Positions 12,584 through 23,334 of a stretch of 64,000 bases of DNA are shown piece by piece. Numbering within the stretch: position 1 is the stretch's first letter; each line of letters begins with the position of its first letter. A program made the translations under genes and the position numbers. The DNA comes from Lingula anatina (lineage: Eukaryota; Animalia; Brachiopoda), in assembly GCA_051362555.1 (NCBI GenBank), contig CM120645.1:19592001-19656000 (forward strand), given 5' to 3'. Under the pieces are notes generated by a model. That model had not been told where the DNA came from, did no database searches, and saw only the letters and a program-made list of their open reading frames with translations.

Positions 12584-13760
12584 TTGAGTACAAATCGATA
12601 TCTGCAAGAGTCACGGCCTGTTAAGAGAGATTTTCTCCAAGGATCCCCGCTGCCCCGTATAACACGGTCCAGAGAAGAGGGATACTTTCTTTCTCTCCGC
12701 CAAGGATTCCCGCTGCCCCGTAGAACACGGTCCAGTGAAGAGGGATTGTTTTTCTTGCTGTCCGGTAAAACACCGATCAGTATATTCAGATGATGTGGTG
12801 ATGGCCATGGGCGAGTTGTCGTCGATCTAATGCTGTGCGTTTGTGACTGTGCCCGATTCGCATAGGTCTACGTGGTCAGCTACGAGTTGACAGTAGAGGA
12901 TTTGGTTGCTTGGTTTGGCGTAATTGTCGAACTTTACATTGACTGCAGTGTACATATTTTGCCTAGGCTGTATATATTTCATTTGACTGTGGACTTTAAT
13001 ATTTTTTTGCCGATATTCAGACTTTGATTTTGAACTTTTCTGATTGCACTGTTGCATAAAATTGGACTACTATTCACATTGACTATTGGATTTGTTCATA
13101 TAAAGACTTTTGATTAACTAATTTAATACCTGTACATATTTTTTTCATCAGTAATTTGTATATTTGAGGCTAGGTATAATACAAACAGAACGTTGGTAGA
13201 ATTTTTATTTTCATCTAACACGTTGGTTTGTTGATTACCAGGCTTAGTAGGAGTTCTTTAAAGTAATGTATACCAAATAATTTATTTATTTTTTCTTATC
13301 AATTTGATTCTTTACAGTAGTTCGACTAATTTTCTTATTTTTTTTCAGACAGTTCTAAAAACACCAATTTTAGATCATAGTTGGCGATATCTCAGACTAT
13401 TGGATTGGTTCTAATTAGTGAACTAGGTCTATATAAAGACACGGAGTCTTATGGTCCTATATATCCAGCAGATTCTCTCAGGTAAGTGATATTTATTTAG
13501 GGATTTTTTTTTCTTTCTTGCCTGGGGGAAAGGGGGCCTACTTTTCTCCCGATGTGTGAGTTTTGAATGTGTCTTCAACTGATTATGAATATGTTGTGAT
13601 GATATTGATATGATGGTGTGAAATCATGACTGTGCATTGATGCTATTGATATTTACTTGACACTGAATAAATAAACAATTTTGAATATTGTGTTGTTATT
13701 ATTCATAAATGAATGTGATGTATATATATTAGCTAGCATCTGGCATAAAAGTTTTTGAGA

Positions 13761-15139
13761 ATGGCATACCCATCGTCTTTATTAAGGTCAAGAAGCATTG
13801 TCATTACTGGACTGCCTGATCAAATTACAGATTCTGAATTGAAAGACTTTTTAAAATTCCATCTGGTATCAGAGTTTACAATAGAATACATCCATAGACC
13901 TGACACAATATTGGGTGCAATATTTGTAGTATTTGAAGATGCCGCTTTAGCGACAGAAGCCATTGATATTCTTGATAAAAGAAAATATGATGGTCAAACA
14001 GTTGACGTGAAGAAAATAAACAAAAGTATGGAAAGGGATATACTGGATGCACTAGAAACTAAAGAATCAAAACTGTCCGAAGTGATAGGTATGATTAAGT
14101 CGTTACCAGCTGATGATATTGTGAAAGTTTACGAGGAAGTAAAAAGTTTGTTGCCCAAATCATCAAAACCAAAGTTTCCAGTAAATAGTACCCCAAAAAG
14201 GACCCCAATTTTTAGAATACAAAAAGGCAGCACCCCAAGAAGGTTACTACCAAAGATCCCAACTTTTTCAACATCAGGGTCAGAACTCGTTTCATATACG
14301 CATCCCGTCTACCTCTTTTCTCCGGGGATTCCAAGGATGCTAGCTTTAAGCAGTGGTTGTTTGAAGTCAAAGCTCTTCGACGTGACGGTATTTATTCCGA
14401 TGCCGTTTTATTACATGCAATCAGAAGGTCACTCAAAAGTCCTGCGTCTGATGTTTTATATCACCTTGGTGATGTAAAGGAAATTGACCGAGTTTTGGAG
14501 AAATTTGAACAGGTGTTTGGTGATGTGTTGTCATCAGGGGCAATATTACAGCAATTTCATTCTTCTAAACAGCATGATTCTGAGAGTATTGCAGCATGGG
14601 CCTGTAGACTGGAAAGTTTAGTTGCGCAATTACTCTCCATCAATCCACCGGCAGTAACAGACACTGGTGCAAAGTCCATGTTGCGTTTGAAATTTTATTC
14701 CGGGCTTAATTCTAACACTACCAGGCATCTATTAAAAAATAAATTTGATGGTGGTGCCACATTCGAAGAATTACTGGTGGAAGGAAGAACAATAGAGATG
14801 GAGGAAAAAGAAAGATTTCATCTCGATGCAGCTGTATCTGACATGCAGTCTGGTGGCTTAATGAAAGCAATCGATTCTTTAAGTCGTAGGTTAAGTGGGT
14901 TGGAAACTAGTATAGGACGGCGTAATCGAGAGTACTCAGCCAGTAGAAATGTTACTGGTACTGCTCGAGGGGCCACTGGAAATGATTCCGGTCGGAGATC
15001 TTTTTCTGGCGAGTGTTGGAAGTGTGGAATGATTGGTCATAGGCAGTCGGAGTGTCCAACTTTAAACTTAAACCAGTCTGTGAGAGGGGGCACTCAGCAG
15101 ACGCTCAACCCAAACGCCCCAAACTACAATCATCAGTAG
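13761..15139 (+). CDS. gag: Gypsy Gag (N-terminal RRM-like domain, PNMA-like capsid, CCHC zinc knuckle), with a frameshift near 14305
   Basis: RSIVITGLPDQITDSEL...IFVVFEDAALATEAI (RRM-like). The frame switch restores (P)RLPLFSGD...FKQWLFEV; QHDSESIAAWACRL (major homology region); CWKCGMIGHRQSEC. Confidence 0.85.
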
Positions 15140-18100
15140 TTAAGCGATTGGTTGGTAATTCTAATGAATGTATGACAGTTTTTCATGGTAGGGAATTAAG
15201 GGCGTTAGTGGATACGGGATCAGTGGTGAGTACTATCTCTGCTTCATGTGCAAAATCGTGTGGCTTGGAAATAAACCCCCTTGAAAGTGTGTTGGGTTTT
15301 CAAGTAGCCGGAGGTCATACCCTTTCATATTTGGGCTACGTCGAGGCTTCTCTTTCCATTCCCCATGTAGATAGGTTAGAATCCGATGTGTTTCTATTTT
15401 TGGTTGTACCCAATACAGAATATCATACAAGAACACCCTTGCTCTTGGGAACAAATATTTTATCACTTTTTATTGACACACAGGGTGTTAATGAAAACGA
15501 CCTGCCCTATGCATTGAAACTTGCACGTGAGTGTATGGTTAAACAACAAAGGGCACCTGATCATGATGGTGTTGTTGGGAATGTGAGGATCACAAAACCC
15601 ATCACAGTTCGACAAGGTGAAAAAATGTTGATAAATGGCACATCTAACATTTCTACAAATCAACAAATGTTAGTGTTGGCAGAAGAAAATCTCCATTCCT
15701 TTTTACCTGGAGGGTTGTTGCTATCTCCTAGCATTCATATGATACAGCCTTGTTCCTCTCCTTATGACATCTCTGTGGAAATTTCAAATTTCTCTTGCCA
15801 TAGCATTACCATTCCTGGTGGTTCGACAATTTGCAACTTATCTCAAGTTTCCATTGTACCTCCTGAATCAACCATTGGAAATGTGGATAATCATGATGAT
15901 TTTACATGTCAGTTTGATGATATGCTTCAGGAAAATTTAAGTCCAGCACAGGTTTCTGAAGTGAAACATCTGTTGTCTAGGTATAAAACCTCCTTTGCTA
16001 TTCATGACTTGGATTTGGGAAAGTGTACTACTGTCAAGCATAAAATCAATTTAGTTGATGAGATACCTTTCAAGTCCAAACACTGCCACATCCCTCCATC
16101 AATGTTTTCTGAGGTGAGAAATCATCTGAATGAAATGCTTCGACTTGGTGTCATTCGCAAGTCATCTAGTCCATATTCATCAGGTGTCGTTCTTGTACGA
16201 AAGAAAGATGGTTCTCTGCGCTTCTGCATTGATCTCAGGAAACTCAATGCTAAAACCATCAAAGATGCATATGCTTTACCCCGCATTGATGAAACCTTGG
16301 ATATTCTTCATGGTTCTTCGTGGTACAGTTGCCTTGATTTAAAATCTGCATATTGGCAGGTAGAAATAGAAGAATCTGACATTCCAAAAACGGCTTTTTC
16401 CGTTGGACCGTTGGGTTTTTATGAATGTGTTAGGATGCCATATGGGTGTACCAATGCACCAGCGACTTTTCAGCGTCTTCTAGAGTCGTGCATGGGTGAT
16501 TTGAATCTAGAGCATTGTCTCATTTATCTTGACGACATTATTGTATTTAGCAAAACATACGAAGAGCACATAGTTAAATTGGAAAATGTTTTGTCAAGAT
16601 TGCGTGATCATGGTCTCAAGTTGAAACCCAGCAAGTGCAAGCTTTTCCAGCGCAAGATCAATTATCTTGGCCATCTTGTGTCTTCCAAAGGTATTGAGAC
16701 AGATCCCAAGAAACTTGAGGCTGTAAAAAATTGGCCAGTGCCAAAATCTGTTCAAGATATTATGTCCTTTATAGGTTTTGTTGGGTACTATAGGCGTTTT
16801 ATCAAGGGGTTTAGTGAAATTGCCAAACCATTACATGACCTCACAAAAGGTAAAGTGAGTAAAACATCTAGAAAGAGTAGAAAGTCAACTGAAACATTCG
16901 TGTGGCAAGCAGAGCATGAAGAAGCTTTTCAGGAATTAAAAAATGCTTGTGTACATAGTCCTATTTTAGCATTTGCAGATTTTACCCAACCTTTTGAACT
17001 AAGGACGGATGCTAGTGGAAGTGGACTTGGAGCTGTTCTCTATCAAAAACAGAGTGGGTTGGACCGAGTTATAGCGTATGCTAGTAGAGGGTTACGTCAG
17101 TCAGAAAAAAATTACCCAGTTCATAAACTCGAGTTTTTGGCTCTGAAATGGGCGGTGACAGAAAAATTTTCTGACTATCTGTACGGGAATAGTTTTACTG
17201 TCAAGACAGACAACAATCCACTGACATACGTGTTGTCATCAGCAAAATTGGATGTTACAACTCACAGATGGGTTGCCGATCTTGCCAATTACAATTTTGA
17301 TATAGTGTATGTAGCCGGCAAAAGTAATGTAGAAGTCGATGCGCTTTCCCGTGTTCGTTGGCCAGAGACGATATCTGAAAATACTTGTCAGGCTATTTGG
17401 CAAAGTGCTCAATCCGGGGAACCGCTGATCAGTTGTCTGCCATGTTCAGAAGAAGTGATACCCAACGAGATTTTGTCCTCAGCAGTGAATCAGAAGAAAG
17501 ACTGGAAAAGATTGCAAGAAGGTGACCCAGAACTGAAGAAGGTGCGAGATGTATTGAAAGGTCGAGCCGAAAGCATTAAAGGGAACAGTTTTGAAAGTAA
17601 AAGATTTCGAAAAGAGATGAGTAGCTTGATCTTATCTAATGATGTTCTGTTTCGCACAAAACAAAAGAATGATGGGTCAGTTTTGAAACAGTTAGTGTTG
17701 CCAAAAGCATACTGAAAAGATGCGTTGTACGGATGCCATGATGAGATCGGACATTTGGGCAGAGAGAGAGCTATTGATATACTCAATCAACGATTTTATT
17801 GGCCAGGTATGAGTAAACAAATGGGTGAATACATAAGTAAATGCGCTAGGTGCATTAAACGCAAAACGCTGCCTGTTGCTCGAGCAGAATTGTGCCCCAT
17901 ATCCTCATCTGCACCCTTAGAGCTCGTGTGCATGGACTATTTAACTATTGAAGACGGTAAAGGTGGTGTCGGCAATATTTTGGTAATTACAGACCATTTT
18001 ACTAGATACGCGCAGGCCTATCCTACCGCAAACCAAACGGCAAAAACAACCGCCAAAGTATTTTTTGAAAATTTTGTTGTACATTATGGGTTTCCCAACC

Positions 18101-18868
18101 GTATACATACTGACCAAGGACGCAATTTTGAAGGAAAGGTTATAGCGGATTTGTGTTCCATAGCAGGTGTAAAGAAATCGAGAACAACGCCTTATCACGC
18201 TATGGGAAACGGACAATGTGAACGCATGAATAGAACCCTACTTGACATGTTAGGCACATTGTCGCTAAACCAAAAGTCAAATTGGAAAAAACACATTGCT
18301 TCTCTAGTTCATGCATACAATTGTACGCGTAACAGTTCCACGTCATTTTCACCATACTACCTGATGTTTGGCAGGCACCCCAAGTTACCGGTTGATGTAT
18401 CATTGGATGTTTTGCTCAGAGACAACCGCTAAATCTCAGTCTGAGTACGTACGGGAATTAAAAAACCGATTGCGAGAAGCTTTTAACATGGCAAAAGTTC
18501 AAATAGAGAGGGCGAAATCTAGACAAAAACAAAACTTTGACAGAAAAACAGGGGCGGGTGTGTTGTCAATAGGTGACCGTGTTTTAATTCGGAATGTCGC
18601 ATTCGATGGTAAACACAAGATTGCTGATAGATGGCAGAGTGAAGTGTTTGTGGTAGTAGATCAGCCGAATGATGGTATTCCAGTGTATGTAGTGAAAAGA
18701 GAAGATGGTGCGGGAAAGTCAAAGACACTACATCGAAACATGTTACTTCCCATCTATGAAATGAAACAGGAATATGAAGAAAAACAGATTGAAGAACTTG
18801 CAGAAGTACGACCCACAAGAAGTAGGAACAGGCCCGAATGGATGAATAACAAAGATTGGATATTGTAA
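15052..18868 (+). pseudogene. pol: Gypsy Pol (PR-RT-RNaseH-IN), interrupted by an in-frame TGA at 17713-17715 and a frameshift near 18425
   Basis: LVDTGS (protease), YLDD (RT), TDAS (RNase H), H-x4-H...CxxC and D/D/E (integrase). ORF 17725 continues in the same frame after the stop; the C-terminus is in ORF 18368-18868. Confidence 0.92.
15061..15120 (+). promoter_or_regulatory. -1 programmed ribosomal frameshift signal (T TTA AAC + downstream stem/pseudoknot)
   Basis: Heptamer 15061-15067 is in the correct gag phase and pol is in the -1 frame. A GTCTGTGAG...CTCAGCAGAC stem lies 8 nt downstream, and its GGGGG loop could pair with a downstream CCCC. Confidence 0.75.
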
Positions 18869-18948
18869 ATAAAATTATATGGCATAATAAATATAAATCA
18901 AAGATTGATGTTGTTGTTGTTTTTTTTTTAATGGTGTGGAACCCATTT

Positions 18949-18964
18949 CGGGGGGAGGGGAGAA
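18949..18964 (+). promoter_or_regulatory. Polypurine tract
   Basis: GGGGGGAGGGGAGAA-type purine run immediately before the 3' LTR. Confidence 0.9.
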
Positions 18965-19426
18965 TGTAAGATTTGCTGTGTTTGTTGTGTTAGCTAGGAT
19001 TGTGTTCGGTGTGAATCGTGTATGTTCGTATGTGTACGTGGAGGTCAAGGGTTGAAAGACCGCGCCCCATAAAATTTGATTTCCACCTGAGAGTCGGACG
19101 GAGATGCAGGTTGAATAACTGAAATAGGTATTCCAGTGAGCTTGCAGGTAAGTTTAACTATATTTAATAAAGGACCAATCCATAGTTTAAATTCACACAT
19201 TTCTAAATTTATATATTTATTTTTATGGTGTTTTTGGCATTGTTATATTTGTATTTCTTTGTTCTGTCTTTCTTGTCTTTCGTCAGTGTAAATTTTGTTA
19301 ATGTAATTGTTTAAAATTAATTTGTTTATATTAATCTTGCAGATATTTGGAGATATTTGGAGATATTTGCAGATATTTGTACAATAACAATAAAGAAACA
19401 TCAACCCGAGCTATCGGTCTGTTACA
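18965..19426 (+). repeat. 3' LTR (462 bp)
   Basis: Direct repeat of 12102-12563. Confidence 0.96.
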
Positions 19427-22400
19427 TTATAAACGATGTTAAATCACACTTCTATGTAAGTTAAACTCTTAGGAGTTTACAGGTATGCAAAACAAACCTT
19501 AGGCCCTATATCTGAGAATAAATTTAATTTGAATAACGTCTCCGTATGACTATCGGAGGCGGCTTAGGTGCGATATATCTGGGTCTTCGGACCCTGACGA
19601 TTATTAAATTTAACTCCTGGCAATTTTTTTATTTTTTGAAAATAAATTAGATATCTTGTTTTTAAGATAAATAAATTATAATACTGAGTGAATTTTACCT
19701 GGTGAAAGTTTTTTTTTAACATTGATAAATAGCTAGTTTTTTTTCTTTCTCTTCTTCTTTATTTTTATTTATTTATTTCATTTTTTTTTGGGGGGGGGGG
19801 TGTGAAGGTTTTTTCCGGGCAGTACTTTATTCCATCCAGTACTTTTATTAAATTTCGAGATTTTTTTCCACCCAGTACCTTTTATTCCATCAGTACTTTT
19901 ATTAAATTTTGAGATTTTTTCCACCCAGTCCATCAGTACTTTTATTAAATTTCGAGGTTTTTTTCCACCCAGTACTTTTATTCCATCAGTAGGCCTACTT
20001 TTATTAAATTTTGAGATTTTTTCCACCCAGTACCTTTTATTCCATTAGTACTTTTATTCGATACTTTAGAGTATGCTCTTCCCACCTCCTGTAGGAATGC
20101 CAACATACACGTCCTTCCCACTGACTGCAGCACTCACTGCTTCAAATTGATGTTCTGTCAGCCCTTCGAAATTCCAAAATTTGCTTACTATCCGATCTGC
20201 TTCTTCACGCTCCATACCGTAACAATGCTTTCAGGCTGCTACTGCACCAGTATTTATACCTCTGCAAGTTGCAACTACTTCAGGGGATTCCACAGTTAGC
20301 CTCACTCTGAAGTAATAAGCTATTCACTGGGGGCTATTTTTATCTGTGTCAGAAGAGCAAGTGATTAAGGTCAGAGCAATTAACTGTCTTGATTGCTGTC
20401 ACGCAGACTTAGACTGGACCTGCCAAGTGGCAGTGCCTGAGCAGTTATGCAAACAATTACCAGCCATGTAATCAACCTTGGGATTTCTGTACAGGGTGAC
20501 TTCAGTTGAAAATGACAATCTATCTAGCTAGAGACATATCTGTGAATATCCGTAAAAATCTTTCAGTCGCCCTGGTAGAGGGTATCATAAAGGGTGAAAG
20601 CACTACAGCGGGGTACCAGGGAATTGTCTTATATTTACTTTTGATTTTATCATCTTTTACGTTAAATCAGCCCATATTTCAATGGGTTATTCACTTCAAA
20701 AGGCGATAACTTTCAAACAAACAATTTCCTCTTAAACCCCTGATATCATGCTGTAGTCCACATTCCTAACAACAATAGGTGCAACTTTTGTAACGATCGG
20801 TTGCTCAGATAGTGAGATATACTTGGCAGCGATTCACTTATCTCGTCAATATAGAAAGCTGTTAAAACAGCCAAAAACCGTTCACAGGTTGGTTAACAGG
20901 GCTTATTAGTCAAATGCTTAGCTGGTAAATTTAGCTGTTATCGGTTATACGATCAGATGGAACCATTGCTTATTGTCATCTAAAAATATTTTGTTTGGGT
21001 GCTTTGAAGGGGCAGAAAATCGTGCTTTTGTTACATTTTCCGACCACTCGTTAAGCGTGCTGCCATTTTGATTGACAGCTCTGGAGAGGGCCTTAGCATA
21101 GTGATGCCCAGTAGGGTGTCAAGGATATGTAGAAGGAAGCGCTAACAAAGGCGATTACATTTAACCGCAATTAAGAGGTGTGAAGTAGCATTTGAACGTT
21201 TCAATGGCTTTTCCTCGGCAAACGAGTAATTTTACCTGAGAGATTCCTTTTCTGTTATCGGCAAAGTGATCAGATAAAACTGTCTGTCGAGAGCAAGTGG
21301 CCGTCACTTGTGTTAATAAGAGTTTTTTGACGGGTAACGCTGCAGGATTATTTTGCACGGCACTTGGTAATCGTCAGATCAACGGAAAAATCCAGTGATT
21401 ACTTCAGAGCGGTCTCTCTCAAAATGCCAGCGAAGATAAAGGGGAGACGCTCAGCTACACAAGATTCAGCGGTAAAAGTGGCTGAGAGAAGGCTTTTGAA
21501 TAAATATTTTATTTTTACACACATGACACTTAGACCCTATTTGCTTTTTACCTGCTAGTCTTGACTATTTTTGGAGTCTTTTTGTGATTTTCATTTTTGG
21601 ATACATTTTGAACTCTTTCTTCCCGCTTGATCAGTGATTTTGAAATTGTTTTTCTCCAAACATCGCAAAATGCAAAGCCGCTAACATGCGTTTTTATTTT
21701 TATTGTTTTAATCATGCTGTCAACCCTTGCTTGGGTTTCTCTCGTTTGGCCATTCACATCACAATTTTTCGCGTGTCTCTCAAGCTCCATGATATCATAT
21801 CTTGGAGAATAAAATTTTATTTTGTCAACATTAGATTTACCTTTTGCAAACGGCGACCAACAATCATTTCCGGTTTCGTAACGTGTCGCAGATACGCTCG
21901 CCGATATATATCGCAAAAATTAAGAGCTAGGCTAAAAGTATCCTTTTTAGCGTTTTTTTTTTTTTTTTTTTTTAATTTATTTATCGATTTTTCTTTCATT
22001 TTATCAATTAATTTAGGCGATAACTCTTTCACCCATTTATTAGGTATACAGAAATCAGTTATCCGACTGAACAAATACGGTGGGTTTCCCCAACCGCCAC
22101 GCATAGGCCCTACTCTCTTTCAAAATTTTCTTTCTTTCCTCTGGAAATGGACTTTTAACACGAACTTTTCTCTTCCCCATAGTGTACTAGCTAGACTTCT
22201 TCGCTGCTAAGCTGATGTAAGACTTATGACCTATTACCGCACACGTAATCGGCTTATAACTCATTAACTGTGCTCCGACCCCCTCATGACAACGGCCCTT
22301 AGTAACAGAGGCGTGGCTTAGTTGTCAGCCTGACTGGGGCGCGTGCCGGTTGAAAAACTCATCAAAAGACACATTTTGCGATGCAAATTCATAAAAATTA

Positions 22401-23334
22401 TTACATCCAACGTTAGATACTTATTTGATTAATATGAACACACAAAAAACTCAAAAACATGATTTTAAGCGTATTTAACCCTATCACCGGCCTTAACCTT
22501 GAGGAGTTTACAGGGAAATATCAACAAGTGTGCTTTATTAAATCTCATTTAATGGTCAATTAATTAGGCAAATGAGTTTATAGCACTGAACTTAGCCCAG
22601 TGAATACCCAAGGGGAATTTACATGTACCTGTGTATAATTATCATGTAGGTCCCTTTTTCAATTCACTAGTGTTTCCTCAATCATTAACACAGGTTATTT
22701 GGACTTATGAGATACTGAATTTTCCTTGGTTGATATGCTACCAAATCACTATTTCGCTCCAATTTTTCAAAAATTTCTCGGGAGAGTTCACCCAAACCAC
22801 CAACCCCCCCCCCCTCCCCGACCCTCCCACCCACCCATCCTTGAGTAGGATAGGTCTTTAAAAGAGAGGAATTAAAATTTCAAAAAATTTATTTATCTTT
22901 TCTGTTATCAAGTTATCGAAACAATTTACAACATAGTAATTATCAAATTATACGTAGTCCTACATGATTATATGATTTATAAAAATTGGCACTTTTTCTC
23001 TGCACATACAAAAGAAACGTGGTTTTTATCGCTAAATTCTATTTAAATGTTTAAAAAATTAGCTTCAATTTTTTGTCTTGGTGAAACTGTAAGGAAAACT
23101 TGAATTAACATAATTCACTTCTTGATTTTTTTCAAAATTTATTAAAACTGATGTTTATAGCAGATATTAAATTAATCGTTCTGAGCTGTTGTAGGCTAGA
23201 GTTAAAAAGTCGTCTATATATAATAATAAAGTGGATGGTTTGTTTCATGGAGTCGGCTGTAGAATGGGCTACTTCAAAATAAATCGTGGAACTTGAGGGA
23301 AGTATTGAAGCAGCCGGTGGCTTACAGCAGTCCT

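Larger units (their letters stand above)
12102..19426 (+). mobile_element. Ty3/Gypsy LTR retrotransposon, full length (7325 bp), very recent
   Basis: Two 462-bp TG...CA LTRs, PBS, PPT, and gag and pol in PR-RT-RH-IN order. Flanks are ATAT/TTAT (4-bp TSD with one mismatch). Confidence 0.97.
11613..20071. mobile_element. Non-autonomous TA-TSD (Tc1/mariner/pogo-type) element with subterminal tandem repeats
   Basis: Left end TA|CTCTGAAGTATTAAATAAACGTAC; right end reverse complement TA|CTCTAAAGTATCGAATAAAAGTAC (22/26 identical). GTAC-rich subterminal repeats at 11630-11770 and 19810-20060. Confidence 0.7.
11273..20584. mobile_element. Non-autonomous TIR DNA transposon with 106-bp TIRs and an 8-bp TSD (hAT/Academ/P-like; superfamily unresolved)
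   Basis: TCATAAAG at 11265-11272 and 20585-20592. Segment 11273-11378 is a near-perfect reverse complement of 20479-20584 (TACCCTCTACCAGGGCGACTG...). Confidence 0.88.
11042..22492. mobile_element. Kolobok-like DNA transposon (about 2.1 kb of its own sequence), outermost element of the nest
   Basis: TTAA at 11038-11041 and 22493-22496. Ends are GGTGACTGATAG and (reverse complement) GGCCGGTGATAG. The empty site gagcttaacctttgggag is present in the later units. Confidence 0.75.

Noticed and set aside
12566-12587. HIV-1-identical PBS suggesting lentiviral or vector contamination
   Set aside because: It only reflects the conserved tRNA-Lys3 3' end; the surrounding element is a Gypsy with no env or lentiviral sequence.
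19810-20060. Short repeats with a CRISPR-like look
   Set aside because: Degenerate tandem subterminal repeats of a TIR element, with no unique spacers and no cas genes, in eukaryotic context.
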